From an uncultured Desulfatitalea sp. (GTDB lineage: Bacteria; Desulfobacterota; Desulfobacteria; Desulfobacterales; Desulfosarcinaceae), in contig CAXXMB010000002.1 of NCBI GenBank assembly GCA_963668675.2, forward strand, positions 320,001-384,000: DNA of 64,000 nucleotides, read 5' to 3'. Shown in pieces: positions 10,585 to 20,973 of this stretch (positions are counted from its first letter, which is position 1; each line of letters begins with the position of its first letter). A program made the position numbers and the translations under genes. The notes below the pieces were generated by a model. That model was not told where the DNA came from. It did not search any database and worked only from the letters and a program-made list of their open reading frames with translations.

Positions 10585-11167
10585 ACTGAATAGGGCGCGC
10601 TTGGTCACCGAACCATAAAGAGGGCTCCTGAAGTAAAAATTGCTATTCAAGGCATTGCAGCCCTCCGGCATTGTTCTCTATCCTGTTGACACCATGCCCT
10701 ATAACAGCTACCTTTTAATTAAGGGCTCCAACCCAATAGCGCCTATCCCCGCACGGGATATCACACCCATCCTCCCGTAATAGGCCCAGGAGCCCTTTCT
10801 TGTTGTAGCGATTTAATGCATCTTGGCAATGAACCTTTCGACCACTTAGTTGACACCTTACCCGCTCATCCTTATTTTTTCTCTTGAACAGGGTGCGAAA
10901 TTCGTAAGATGTACCAAATAGGGCTCCCGTACTGACCATTGTCGTTCCAACGTTCTGGCAATAGTGGAGCCCTCCCCTGTTACGTTCCTCTACTTCATCT
11001 TTGTTATTATCCTTACAGCCCACCAATGAGACAGGCAGTCCTTTCATGAATATCTTGCAGTGTGCAGCCTGGTGATCACTATCAAGCACCCACCAAAGGC
11101 AGTGAATGTCAACTTCAGAAAACCCCTGGTGCGCTCCATGGATGGCATGTGTATTCTCTGAGTACTC

Positions 11168-11266
11168 AAGTGAGAATCGGAGCTCCCGTTTGCCAAGGAG
11201 GGGGATGAGGTCGGCGGGAACCTTGGAGAGTAGATGAAAGGTCTGTTTTTGCTTGATTAAAGACAA
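11168..11266 (-). pseudogene. Remnant N-terminus of a tyrosine integrase (DUF6538-like domain)
   Basis: TFHLLSKVPADLIPLLGKRELRFSL matches the VPxDL...GKRExRxSL pattern; sits just inside the att site next to the tRNA; no catalytic domain follows. Confidence 0.6.
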
Positions 11267-11352
11267 AACTGGCGCCTGCCTATGTGACTAAAATGTGACT
11301 AAGTCGCTTAGGTCAGGCGCCTATATGTGAATATCTAACGATATTAAGTACT

Positions 11353-11429
11353 TGGTGGCGATGCAGGGACTTGAACCCCGGACACTGCGGATATGAGCCG
11401 CATGCTCTAACCAGCTGAGCTACATCGCC
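11353..11429 (-). tRNA. tRNA-Met (CAT), elongator type
   Basis: GGCGATGTAGCTCAGCTGGTTAGAGCATGCGGCTCATATCCGCAGTGTCCGGGGTTCAAGTCCCTGCATCGCCACCA; 77 nt cloverleaf, G1-C72 pair, encoded CCA (Ile2 not fully excluded). Confidence 0.95.
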
Positions 11430-11527
11430 AATTTTGTTTGTCACCCGCTTGAAACTTGGTACCGGCACGGTGTGACAAACGGCTTCATTAGCAGTTCAAA
11501 TGATGCACGTCAACTCCAAAAAACGAA

Positions 11528-14005
11528 TCAGCGCCCCTGTACTGAACTGAGCAGTTCTATGGCAAATTCGTCCAGTTGTTCCGGCGGCGGCAGCTCTGAA
11601 AACACAACCATGAAGGGCAGGTTCTGCCCTGGTTTTACAACGGTATTGCCAGTCTGCACCTGGGGGACTGCGTTCAGGCGCTGCTTGATCTGGGCGATGG
11701 GCAGCGTGGCCAGTTCCTGATCGTCGAGCATGATGCCGGCGTAGCTGTACTCGGTCTTTACCAACACCTTGCCTTTGGTGAACAGTTTCCCCTGCAAACG
11801 GACCTTTTCGCGATTGGCGCTGTAGCCGTTTCGCACCTTGCCCGTGATGACAAAGAGTCTGCCGGAGAGGCTGTTCTCTATGAATTTGCTGTTGATCTCC
11901 ATGGTGGAGAGGTTCAGCGTTCCGGCAGGGTCCTGGGGCTTGGGCTTCAGGTAATCGCTCAGGTAGGGGATTTCGATGCCAAGCACAGTGACAGCATAGT
12001 AGGCGCCATAGCCGATGCCGCCCAGCAGGATCAGAAGAAACAGTACCAGAAGGGTCTTGCTGGTCTTCTTCTTGGGCTTCACCGGCTTGGGAGGCTTTTC
12101 AGGCTTACCCTCGACAAAAGGTGCCTCCATGGTCTCTTCGATGGGGATCTCCGGGACCCGGCCGGCGGTTCTGTTCACATCTTCGACCGCTGCGACGGGT
12201 TCGGCCGTATCCTCTTCGATCTCGAACTCCAGCTCGATATCGCCGTTGTCGATGGTCTCGGTCTTCTTTTTGGGCTCTTCGACCAGTTCGCTCAGATCGG
12301 ACAGATCCAGTTCATCATCGGCCTCTTCGGCCACTTCTGCCCGGATTGGTCGGGTATCGCTCTCCAGCTCCAGGTCTAAATCGAGCTCCATGTCATCGTT
12401 GGTCGGGACTTCATCATCATCGAGGGAGAGGTCCAGTTCCAGCGGTTCGGATGTCTGCTCTGCAGCGGGCTGGGGCTGATCGTCCAGATCGAGATCCAAC
12501 TCCAGATCCGGCTCCTCCGCCGCTTCATCCAACTCCCTGGCCGAATCCACGCTGTCAGCCGAGTCGATGGCCGATTCGATCTCGCTGAGATCGATCTCAC
12601 CGCTGTCGTCACCCAACCCCAGGTCGAGATCCGCCTCGAAGGCTTCGATCGGTTTTACGGCCGTTTCAGCCACCTGATCGCCTTCGAGCATCTCTTCAAT
12701 ATCGGAGAGGTCGATCTCTCCGTCCTCGCCGATCGTATCCCCGGCCCTGCCCCCTGTCGGGGTGGTTTCAGCCGATTCGGCTTCATCGGCAGGACCATCG
12801 GTAAATTCGGAATCGAGTTCGAAGTCAAGATCTTCCAGTTCGTCGCCGCCCTCCGCTTGCGCGGGTGCTTCGGCGGCGCTGTCATCCAGGTCCAGTTCAA
12901 GCTCTATGTCCTCCGATTCGTCCGTTTCGACCCCAAGGTCACCGTCACCGGTTTCAAGCAGCGAGTCCAGGTCGCTTAAATCGAGGTCATCCCCGGTCGA
13001 TTCCGCAGACGCATCGGTCTCCAGTGCCAGCTCGGGCTCCGCGGCATCCTGGGCGGCGGCGTCAGGGGTATCGTCCATATCCAGTTCAAGCTCGTCGCCA
13101 AGATCGAGATCCAGGTCAAGGTCCTGGGATGCACCCTCTTCGGCATCAGCAGGCGCCGGTGTTTTCAGCTCCGGTCCAGCTTCGTCCAAGGTAAAATCGG
13201 ACTCGTCGGCCAGGCTCAGTTCAGGCTCTTCTCCGCTGATCTCCTTATCGGGTGTTTCGCCGTCCAGATCGAAATCAAGATTTGCGAGGTCGAGGTCATC
13301 GCCTGAAGCGTCGGCTGTCCCCATCGGGATGACTTCCTCGTCCGCGCCGGAATCCAACCCACCGAGATCGATATCCAGATCGAGGTCGTCGTCCGAAACA
13401 GGCGCATCCTCGAGGACCGCCTTACCGGCCTCTTCAAGATCCGCCTCAAGGGACAGCGCGTCTTCAAGATCGGCCACTGCTTCGGCCTCCCCATTGGAAA
13501 CCGGGGGCAGATCGTCATCGAGAGTAAAATCCATGTCCAGGTCGAGCTCTTCTTCAACGCCCTCTTCCGCAACGACAGTCTCATCGGCGGCGCTCTCATC
13601 ACTGTCGAGATCCAGGGCGGCGTCGAAATCGAGGTCGAGATCAGCGTCGTCCAACTCGGGCAGTTCATCGGCGGCATCTGCCCCTGCCAGCTCCTGCTTC
13701 AACTCCTCTTCCAGGCCTGCGTCATGGGGCGTTTCGCGCTCCAGTATAGAATCGAGTTCGGCCAGGTCGATACCTTCCAGCTCCTGCTCCTCCTCAGGCA
13801 CCTGGGGAGCGGGCGGCGGGCTCGCATCCAGGGGCATGGCCGATGTAAACGCCTCCTGGAAGACGGGCTGGGCCGGCTGCGGCGATGGGGGATAGGCAAG
13901 AAACATATTCCGGCACTGCGAGCAACGCACCTTTGATCCAGTGGGTTTCAACAGGCTCTCGTCTAGGCGGAAAGTGGTGTTGCATTCCTGGCAGGTAATA
14001 AACAT
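11528..14005 (-). CDS. MJ0042-type zinc-ribbon / long acidic linker / TM / DUF3426 protein (ZitP/AgmX-like)
   Basis: MFITCQECNTTF...GSKVRCSQC; about 600 aa of D/E/L-rich repeats; KKK followed by a TM helix; C-terminal LFVITGKVRN...PFMVVF domain. Confidence 0.85.
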   Translation of the reverse strand: MFITCQECNTTFRLDESLLKPTGSKVRCSQCRNMFLAYPPSPQPAQPVFQEAFTSAMPLDASPPPAPQVPEEEQELEGIDLAELDSILERETPHDAGLEEELKQELAGADAADELPELDDADLDLDFDAALDLDSDESAADETVVAEEGVEEELDLDMDFTLDDDLPPVSNGEAEAVADLEDALSLEADLEEAGKAVLEDAPVSDDDLDLDIDLGGLDSGADEEVIPMGTADASGDDLDLANLDFDLDGETPDKEISGEEPELSLADESDFTLDEAGPELKTPAPADAEEGASQDLDLDLDLGDELELDMDDTPDAAAQDAAEPELALETDASAESTGDDLDLSDLDSLLETGDGDLGVETDESEDIELELDLDDSAAEAPAQAEGGDELEDLDFELDSEFTDGPADEAESAETTPTGGRAGDTIGEDGEIDLSDIEEMLEGDQVAETAVKPIEAFEADLDLGLGDDSGEIDLSEIESAIDSADSVDSARELDEAAEEPDLELDLDLDDQPQPAAEQTSEPLELDLSLDDDEVPTNDDMELDLDLELESDTRPIRAEVAEEADDELDLSDLSELVEEPKKKTETIDNGDIELEFEIEEDTAEPVAAVEDVNRTAGRVPEIPIEETMEAPFVEGKPEKPPKPVKPKKKTSKTLLVLFLLILLGGIGYGAYYAVTVLGIEIPYLSDYLKPKPQDPAGTLNLSTMEINSKFIENSLSGRLFVITGKVRNGYSANREKVRLQGKLFTKGKVLVKTEYSYAGIMLDDQELATLPIAQIKQRLNAVPQVQTGNTVVKPGQNLPFMVVFSELPPPEQLDEFAIELLSSVQGR

Positions 14006-14021
14006 GGCACACCTTCATTCA

Positions 14022-14543
14022 TTAAAATTTCAGATTGTAGATCCCCGGCAGATTCCGGTAGGTTTCGGCATAGTCGAGGCCGTAGCCCACCAGGAAACCC
14101 TCTTTGACCTTGTGGCAAACATATTCTGCCTCTATATCGACCTGTCGGCGTTCATACTTGTCGATCAGCACACAGGTTTTTACCGAACGGGGATGCATGG
14201 TTTTCAGATGATCTCTCAGGTAGGCCAGCGTCAATCCCGTATCCAGGATATCTTCTACAATAAGAAGATCTTTGCCTTCGAGATCCACCTCGGTATCCTT
14301 TAGCAGGTCAATGCGGCCCGCGGAGTGATCGTTGCCTTTGTAGCTGGAGAGCCGGATAAAATCCACGGTCATGCGGTCGAGTTCCAGACGACGGATCAGA
14401 TCGGCCATAAAGATAAAGGCGCCCTTAAGCACCCCAATGATCACCAGATCGGCATCCGTGTAGTCCGAAGAAATTTGCCTTGCAACCGCATCGACTCTCT
14501 GTGCAATGGTCTCTTCGTCTAGGACGGGTATCAGTTCCGGCAT
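14022..14543 (-). CDS. hpt: Hypoxanthine phosphoribosyltransferase
   Basis: GVLKGAFIFMADL, LIVEDILDTGLTL, FLVGYGLDY..YRNLP. Confidence 0.95.
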   Translation of the reverse strand: MPELIPVLDEETIAQRVDAVARQISSDYTDADLVIIGVLKGAFIFMADLIRRLELDRMTVDFIRLSSYKGNDHSAGRIDLLKDTEVDLEGKDLLIVEDILDTGLTLAYLRDHLKTMHPRSVKTCVLIDKYERRQVDIEAEYVCHKVKEGFLVGYGLDYAETYRNLPGIYNLKF

Positions 14544-14829
14544 TGTATCTGCTTACGCAAGAAAAAGGCTTGATTCTGGTGCAGCCGCCTTTCCGCTGGG
14601 CCTTCATGGGACCACAAGCCTCTTCCTCGCCTCCCGTTTCATAACCTTATCGTCATTTCTCAGCGATTGCTTTAGCAGACCGTTGAAAAACAGTCCTCAA
14701 GGGCCTCCGCAATGCTTTCATTCGGCCTGAAATACGGGGGCGTCATTTTACGGCAATCGCTTATACTTCTACGAATAACTATAAAAATAGCTACATGAAG
14801 AAGGCACTCTTGTCAATAAATTTAATTCC

Positions 14830-15744
14830 TTACAGGCCTGTCTCGGCTAACTGAGCCATCAGTTTCTTCTGCTCGCGGGTGAGTTGAGAAGGCATGTTGA
14901 TGAGGACCTGCACAAAAAGATCGCCACGTCCCTGCCCTTTCATGTGGGGAATGCCGCGTCCGGCCAGCCGCATTTTGGTCTTGTGCCGCGTGCCTGGCGG
15001 AATTTTGAGGGTCAACTCTTTGCCTTCGATGGTGGGAATCGTTACTTTTGTACCGAGCACTGCCTCGGTCAGCTTGATCTCTCTGTTCACAACGAGGTCA
15101 TAGTTCTCGATGGTGTATCTCGGATCTTCCATCACGACGGATTTGATATAGAGATCACCGGCAGCGCCGCCGTAAGGGCTCGGCTCTCCTTTGCCGGCCA
15201 GGCGGAGTTTCTTGCCGCTGATCATCCCCTTGGGCACCTTGACGCTGATGTTTTCCGTGCGCCCCTGATGCTGGAATGAGACGGTCTTATCGGCGCCGGT
15301 GGCCACCTCCTGGAGAGTGAGGGGCAGTTCATATACCAGGTCCGATCCCTTGGGGGCCGGCTGCCGGCCGCCGCGTCCGCCAAACGGCGATCCGCCGCCA
15401 CCGAAAGAGAAGCGAAAGCCGCCATCTCCCGTGGAGAATCCGCGTCCTCCGAAGCCAAACTCCTTGAAGATGTCCCCGAAATCGAAATTGCGGAAGATGT
15501 CTTCCTGGCTGTAGCGTTGGTTAAAACCGGCCGATCCGAACGTGTCGTACTGCTTGCGCTTCTCTTCGTCGCTCAGCACGGCATAGGCTTCGCTGATCTT
15601 CTTAAACTTCTCCTCGGCGGCTTTATCGTCTTTGGCGTGGTCAGGATGGTACTTCATCGCCATCTTGCGATACGCCTTTTTGATCTCCGCACTGCTCGCG
15701 TTTTTCTCTACTCCGAGAATTTTATAGTAATCGTTATCTGCCAT
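14830..15744 (-). CDS. DnaJ-class (type II, CbpA-like) co-chaperone
   Basis: J domain with HPD, G/F-rich linker, C-terminal domain, no CxxCxGxG zinc fingers. Confidence 0.92.
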   Translation of the reverse strand: MADNDYYKILGVEKNASSAEIKKAYRKMAMKYHPDHAKDDKAAEEKFKKISEAYAVLSDEEKRKQYDTFGSAGFNQRYSQEDIFRNFDFGDIFKEFGFGGRGFSTGDGGFRFSFGGGGSPFGGRGGRQPAPKGSDLVYELPLTLQEVATGADKTVSFQHQGRTENISVKVPKGMISGKKLRLAGKGEPSPYGGAAGDLYIKSVVMEDPRYTIENYDLVVNREIKLTEAVLGTKVTIPTIEGKELTLKIPPGTRHKTKMRLAGRGIPHMKGQGRGDLFVQVLINMPSQLTREQKKLMAQLAETGL

Positions 15745-15821
15745 GGGACTACTGCTCCATTTCTATCCAGAATGGCGCTTTCTTACGCCTAAATATTGGA
15801 AAGCACGCCGAATTTGCTGAA

Positions 15822-15850
15822 AAGATAAGAAGTGTGATCACTTCCGTCAA
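15822..15850 (-). promoter_or_regulatory. sigma70-type promoter of the DnaJ-class gene
   Basis: Minus strand TTGACG-17 bp-TATCTT; the spacer holds the palindrome GAAGTG-N4-CACTTC. Confidence 0.5.
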
Positions 15851-15895
15851 GTCGTTTGATCAAATGAACAAATCAATTGCAAGCAAGATTTGCGC

Positions 15896-16693
15896 CTACG
15901 GCTTTTTCAAACGGTCCAGCCTGAGCCGCTGACGTTCGTCGAACAGGCGCCTGGCACCCAACCCAACAGACACAATGGTTCCCAAACCGGTTCCGCCAGA
16001 TATCAGAAACATTATCAATATCTGATACTTAACCGCCTCCATAGGTGGATTCCCCGCCAATATCTGACCGGTCATCATCCCCGGCAAGCTCACCAGGCCT
16101 GCGGCCATCATGGAGTTGATGATGGGGATAAGGCCGCTGCGGATACTCTCTCTGCGTTGCGCCTCAATGGCACGTTGCCAACTCTCACCCAGCATCAGCC
16201 GTCCTTCGATCTGGGCTCGCTGGTCCCAGGCCGCGGAGGTCAATCGATCCATTCCCACGGCAATGCCGTTCATGGTATTGCCCAGCAGCATACCGAGCAA
16301 CGGTATGGCGTATTGGGGTTCATACCAGGGATGCGGCTGAATGACGACGCCCAGCGCCAGGATCGTGACGGCATACGAAGAGACAAACATGGAGAGGGTT
16401 CCCAAACCGAACCCCCATAGCCCCACAAAACGTCGCTTCTGACGTCCAAGCACCTCACGCCCGGCCGCAAGCAGCATCACGCATGCCACCAGCGATATCC
16501 ATCCCAGGTGCACATTGGCGAAGAGGGATTTGAGCACCAGGCCGATCAGGGACAACTGAACGGTCATTCGCAGGGCGCCGATAGCAAGCTGTCGCTCCAG
16601 TCCAAGGCGCATGGCTCTGGAGAGCAGGGCCAGAATGAGGACCAGTCCTGCCGCAAGGCTCAGATCGAAGGGTGAGAGGGCAACAATGCTCAT
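15896..16693 (-). CDS. fetB: ABC transporter permease, FetB/YbbM (UPF0014) family
   Basis: RMTVQLSLIG, YAIPLLGMLLGN, GLVSLPGMMTGQILAG..P..AVKYQI. Confidence 0.88.
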   Translation of the reverse strand: MSIVALSPFDLSLAAGLVLILALLSRAMRLGLERQLAIGALRMTVQLSLIGLVLKSLFANVHLGWISLVACVMLLAAGREVLGRQKRRFVGLWGFGLGTLSMFVSSYAVTILALGVVIQPHPWYEPQYAIPLLGMLLGNTMNGIAVGMDRLTSAAWDQRAQIEGRLMLGESWQRAIEAQRRESIRSGLIPIINSMMAAGLVSLPGMMTGQILAGNPPMEAVKYQILIMFLISGGTGLGTIVSVGLGARRLFDERQRLRLDRLKKP

Positions 16694-16717
16694 AACAGCA
16701 ACCTAAAAAACCGCCCT

Positions 16718-17341
16718 TCAGGCTTGGAAAGCTTCGTTTTCATAAAGGCTTAACTGGCCATGGTTCAAGACATAGATCGATTCACAACAGCGCTTCAACT
16801 GCTCCAGGTCGTGCCCCACCCACATGACGACCGGTCGGTGTTCGTGGCAGTACATATCAAGGAGCGTCTCGGCCCGCCGGGTGTTGGTTTTGTCCAAATT
16901 GGCCGTCGGTTCATCGAGCAGCAGCACTTGGGGAGTGTTGGCCAGCGCACGCAACAAGGCGAGTCGCTGACGCTCACCGCTGGAGAGATGCCCCACCTGC
17001 CAACTCAGCACGTCACTGCCGAAACCCAACTGCTCCAAACCATACGGCGGCGTGCTACCGAAGTGCTCTCCTACCGTGTCGTACCACCAGGCGGACTCGG
17101 AAGGCAGCAGCGCCACTTTGCTCCGCCAGTGGGGGGGTGGTATACGGCCCACCTCGACCCTATCGAGCCACATCCGGCCGTCATGGGGGTCCAAATCGGC
17201 AATTGCCCTCAAAAAAAGTGATTTTCCAGTACCCGAGGGGCCGGTGATACCCAAACGCCGGCCGGGGGGTACTTCCAGATCAAGCTGGCGAATCGACCGG
17301 CAGCCGAACGCCTCCAGTTTGAGCCCCTCATCCGTCATCAA
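16718..17341 (-). CDS. ABC transporter ATP-binding protein, FetA/YbbL-like
   Basis: [27 protein letters not shown]; start overlaps the mnmG stop (ATGA). Confidence 0.9.
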   Translation of the reverse strand: MMTDEGLKLEAFGCRSIRQLDLEVPPGRRLGITGPSGTGKSLFLRAIADLDPHDGRMWLDRVEVGRIPPPHWRSKVALLPSESAWWYDTVGEHFGSTPPYGLEQLGFGSDVLSWQVGHLSSGERQRLALLRALANTPQVLLLDEPTANLDKTNTRRAETLLDMYCHEHRPVVMWVGHDLEQLKRCCESIYVLNHGQLSLYENEAFQA

Positions 17342-19212
17342 CGCTTCTCCCCGGCACGGAGGGCAACCATCAGCACCGATATGGCCGCCGGGGTGATTCC
17401 CGAAATGCGCGACGCCTGGCCCAATGAAACGGGTCGGATGGTCGATAACTTCTCCTTGAGCTCGTTGGAGAGTCCGTGAACCAGGTGATAATCGAAATCT
17501 TCCGGTAACCTGATCTGCTCCAGATGCTTGAACCGTTCGATTTCACTCAATTGACGCCGAATATAGCCTTCGTATTTGATCTCGATCTCCACCTGCCGAG
17601 CCACCCGCCCATCCACCGGGGAGGGTGCCGGCGTGAGCACTCCGACCGCATCGTATGAGAGTTCGACGCGCTTGAGCAACTGATCCATGTGAATGCCGTT
17701 GGAGATCGCATTGGACCCTTGAGAGGTCAGATAGCGGTTTACTTCCGGAAGCGGCTTGATCACTGCTCGGCGCACGCGTCCCATCTCCGCCTTTATCTGC
17801 GCCTGACGCTCGGCCGCCTCTTTTGCGGCTTCTGCCGAGATCAATCCCAGTTCGTGCCCGATGGCCATCAGACGCAAATCCGCATTGTCCTCACGCAAAA
17901 CCAGCCGGTACTCAGCCCGCGATGTGAACATCCGGTAGGGCTCCTGGGTACCCCGCGTGACAAGATCGTCCACCATCACCCCCATATAGGCACTGGATCG
18001 ATCGAGAATGAAAGCCGGTCGCCCCTGAATCCGACAGGCGGCATTAATACCAGCCCACAGCCCCTGAGCGGCCGCCTCTTCATAGCCGCTGGTGCCGTTG
18101 ATCTGACCTGCCAGGTAGAGACCGGAGACCCGCTTTGTCTCCAAGGTCGGCTTGAGCTGGACAGGATCGACATAATCGTACTCTATGGCATAGGCCGGCC
18201 GCATAATCTCGACCTCCTCCAGCCCCTCCACCGCCCGGACGACCTGCAACTGAACCTCCAAGGGCAGGCTGTTTCCCAGTCCACTGGCGTAGATCTCCTT
18301 GGTATCAAGTCCCTCGGGCTCGAGAATCACCTGATGGCTCTCTTTCTCGCTGAAGCGCACCACCTTGTCCTCGAACGATGGGCAGTAGCGCGCCGGCACC
18401 CCTTTGATCACTCCGCCATACAACGCCGAGAGGTGCAGGTGGTCGCGCACCAGTTGATGCACCCGTTCGTTTGTACGTCCGATGTAGCTGGGGAGCTGGG
18501 GCAGCCGAACCCCCTCGCTGAAAAACGAAAACGGCCGGGGTTCCGCCTCCGCCTCCTGGGCAGCGAACCTGGAGAAGTCGATGGTGTCGCGATGCAGCCT
18601 GGGCGGCGTGCCGGTCTTCATGCGGCCCAGGGTCAATCCCATTCCGGCCAGGCTCTCAGCCAGCCCATAAGCGGCAAACTCACCAGCCCTTCCGGCCCGT
18701 ATCGAGGTGAACCCGATGTGCACCAACCCACTGAGAAAGGTGCCGGTGGCCAGGACCACCGCAGGCGCCTGAAAACCGTATCCGGTATGCTCCTCGACGC
18801 CAACCACGGCGCCGCCTTCGATGACCAACCGCTCGACGAGGGCCTGTTTGACATCCAGTCCGGGCTGCATCTCCAGCACTGACTTCATGGCCGCATGGTA
18901 GCGCTTTTTATCGTTCTGGGTGCGCGACGACTGCACCGCCGGCCCCTTTTTGGTGTTCAGCAGCTTGTACTGAATGGACGAGCGATCGGTGATTTTGGCC
19001 ATTTCGCCGCCCAATGCATCGATCTCCCTGACCAGCTGCCCCTTGGCCATGCCGCCGATGCTCGGACTGCAGGGCATGGCGGCGATCTTGTCCAGGTCGA
19101 TGGCCAGCAGAAGGACGCTGCAACCCATGCGGGCTGCGGCCAAAGCGGCTTCGCAGCCGGCGTGGCCGGCGCCGACCACTATGAGGTCATATGTCTTGGG
19201 ATATGTTGCCAT
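17338..19212 (-). CDS. mnmG: tRNA uridine-5-carboxymethylaminomethyl modification enzyme MnmG (GidA)
   Basis: [61 protein letters not shown]. Confidence 0.97.
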   Translation of the reverse strand: MATYPKTYDLIVVGAGHAGCEAALAAARMGCSVLLLAIDLDKIAAMPCSPSIGGMAKGQLVREIDALGGEMAKITDRSSIQYKLLNTKKGPAVQSSRTQNDKKRYHAAMKSVLEMQPGLDVKQALVERLVIEGGAVVGVEEHTGYGFQAPAVVLATGTFLSGLVHIGFTSIRAGRAGEFAAYGLAESLAGMGLTLGRMKTGTPPRLHRDTIDFSRFAAQEAEAEPRPFSFFSEGVRLPQLPSYIGRTNERVHQLVRDHLHLSALYGGVIKGVPARYCPSFEDKVVRFSEKESHQVILEPEGLDTKEIYASGLGNSLPLEVQLQVVRAVEGLEEVEIMRPAYAIEYDYVDPVQLKPTLETKRVSGLYLAGQINGTSGYEEAAAQGLWAGINAACRIQGRPAFILDRSSAYMGVMVDDLVTRGTQEPYRMFTSRAEYRLVLREDNADLRLMAIGHELGLISAEAAKEAAERQAQIKAEMGRVRRAVIKPLPEVNRYLTSQGSNAISNGIHMDQLLKRVELSYDAVGVLTPAPSPVDGRVARQVEIEIKYEGYIRRQLSEIERFKHLEQIRLPEDFDYHLVHGLSNELKEKLSTIRPVSLGQASRISGITPAAISVLMVALRAGEKR

Positions 19213-19327
19213 AGTTTAGCGTGGACCTGCCTTATAAAGTTTTGCAGGCTTATATAACGATATTGGGGAAAAGTCGAGACGGGGAGAGGTGTTGCCAGGC
19301 GTTATCAAATGGCACTTGGAAGAATAG

Positions 19328-19464
19328 TTGATGAACTCGTAAAAAGTTTCAAAAGTGCTTTTCACGTCATTCAGGCGAAGGCCGGAATCCAGTCTTTTCA
19401 AAAGCTTCTGGATGCCGGATCAAGTCCGGCATGACGTATGAATGGCTTTTTACGACTTCGTCAA
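19328..19464. repeat. Composite palindromic / MITE-like element
   Basis: 19-bp terminal IRs TTGATGAACTCGTAAAAAG / CTTTTTACGACTTCGTCAA (17/19) enclosing CGTCATTCAGGCGAAGGCCGGAATCCAG...CTGGATGCCGGATCAAGTCCGGCATGACG. Confidence 0.75.
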
Positions 19465-19489
19465 TCGTTGATGCCCCGATAAAGGCACG

Positions 19490-19514
19490 GTAGGGGCACA
19501 ATGCATCGTGCCCC
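19490..19514. repeat. GTAG-type REP palindrome
   Basis: GTAGGGGCACAATGCATCGTGCCCC, a near copy of 20974-21001. Confidence 0.75.
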
Positions 19515-19544
19515 CTCTGAAAAATGGGGAAGGCGTTTAAGAGC

Positions 19545-20801
19545 CTATTTCTTCTGGCCGATCCCTTTGGGCAGAATCAGGTTGAGCAGGACACCGACAA
19601 TACCGGCCAGGCCTATCCCCTTCAAGCTGAATTCGCCCATCGAGAATGCCATTCCGCCGATGCCGAAGACCAGAATCAGGGCGATGATAGACAAGTTGCG
19701 CGGCTCGGTGAGGTCCTCACCGGCCTTTACCAGGGAGTTGAGCCCCACCACGGTGATGGCACCAAACAGCAGCAGCATGATCCCCCCCATCACCGGTACG
19801 GGAATCGTCTGTAATATGGCCCCGATTTTACCGATGAAGGCCAACACAATTGCGAAGATGGCGGCCCAGGTCATGATGGCGGGATTGTACAGCCGGGTGA
19901 GCGTCACCGCGCCGGTCACTTCAGAGTAGGTGGTGTTGGGCGGGCCGCCGAGGCAAGAGGCCAGGGTCGTAGCCAGGCCGTCGCCCATCATGGTGCGATG
20001 GATGCCAGGATCCTTAAGGTAGTCCCTGCCCGTCACATGTCCGATGGCCAGGATATCGCCAAAATGCTCGATGGCCGGGGCTATGGCGACGGGCACGATA
20101 AAAAGAATTGCCTGCAGGTTCCATTCGGGCAGCACAAAGGCCGGAACGGCGAACCATGGTGCGTTTACCACGGGCGAGATGTCGACCAGCCCCATGGGAA
20201 TCGATATGATGTATCCCACCAAAATCCCGATGAGAATCGGAATGAGGCGAAAAAACCCTTTGGCCAGCAGAGAGACCACAATCGTGGTCACCAAGGTGGC
20301 CATGGAGACGATCAACGCTTTGTTCTGGGTGACCAGGACCATGGCGCCGTCTCCCGTTTTACCAATCGCCATGAATACCGCCACCGGCGCAAGGATCAGT
20401 CCGATGACCATGATCACCGGGCCGACCACCACCGGCGGCAGGAGGCGCTTGAGAAAGCCGCTGCCAAAAATCTTGATGCCGATGCTCAGCAGCACGTAGA
20501 AAATGCCTGCCGCCGCCAGGCCACACAGGGTGCCGGGGATGCCCCACGTCTTCACACCGTAAATGATGGGTGCGATAAAGGCGAAAGAGGAGGCCAGGAA
20601 GATGGGCACCATACGCTTGGTCAGCAGTTGAAACAGCAGTGTTCCTGCACCTGCAGTAAAGAGAGCCACATTGGGGTCCAGCCCGGTGAGCAGCGGCACG
20701 AGCACCAGAGCACCGAAAGCGACAAAGAGCATCTGGGCACCAACAAGGCTGTCCTTCATTCTGAAATCATACGCTGTGGAAGAAGCATTTTGACGCGGCA
20801 T
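19545..20801 (-). CDS. uraA: Uracil permease (NCS2/UraA family)
   Basis: QMLFVAFGALVLVP, FLASSFAFIAP, EHFGD, GGPPNTTYSEVTGA; downstream of upp. Confidence 0.93.
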   Translation of the reverse strand: MPRQNASSTAYDFRMKDSLVGAQMLFVAFGALVLVPLLTGLDPNVALFTAGAGTLLFQLLTKRMVPIFLASSFAFIAPIIYGVKTWGIPGTLCGLAAAGIFYVLLSIGIKIFGSGFLKRLLPPVVVGPVIMVIGLILAPVAVFMAIGKTGDGAMVLVTQNKALIVSMATLVTTIVVSLLAKGFFRLIPILIGILVGYIISIPMGLVDISPVVNAPWFAVPAFVLPEWNLQAILFIVPVAIAPAIEHFGDILAIGHVTGRDYLKDPGIHRTMMGDGLATTLASCLGGPPNTTYSEVTGAVTLTRLYNPAIMTWAAIFAIVLAFIGKIGAILQTIPVPVMGGIMLLLFGAITVVGLNSLVKAGEDLTEPRNLSIIALILVFGIGGMAFSMGEFSLKGIGLAGIVGVLLNLILPKGIGQKK

Positions 20802-20973
20802 GAAACCTCCTGATCTCCTTATGGGGTGAAGTTGAACGGTATATAGAACACAGATCGACCAAAAACGGCGGTTTGGTAGTGGCCCAAGGCCATTTCAGCA
20901 GCTTTATACATGGGGTTAATCCAGATGTTTCAAAGGCCGTAGGGCTCCAGAAACAAGGCGGCGAGGGGAAGCC

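Larger units (their letters stand above)
8864..11376. mobile_element. Degenerate genomic island integrated at tRNA-Met
   Basis: Flanking att repeats, visibly more AT-rich than the flanks, GTGACTAA tandem repeats near both ends, integrase N-terminal remnant, no intact integrase. Confidence 0.8.

Noticed and set aside
10715..11266. 183-aa ORF as an intact gene
   Set aside because: Only the first ~33 aa look like an integrase N-terminus; the rest has no recognisable motif and is probably read-through past a deletion junction
12762..13895. 377-aa Ser-rich ORF on the + strand
   Set aside because: Antisense shadow of the Asp/Glu/Leu-rich codons of the 11528-14005 gene
14673..14690. TAGCAGACCGTTGAAAAA resembling a MITE/IS end
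   Set aside because: No partner inverted repeat or transposase found nearby
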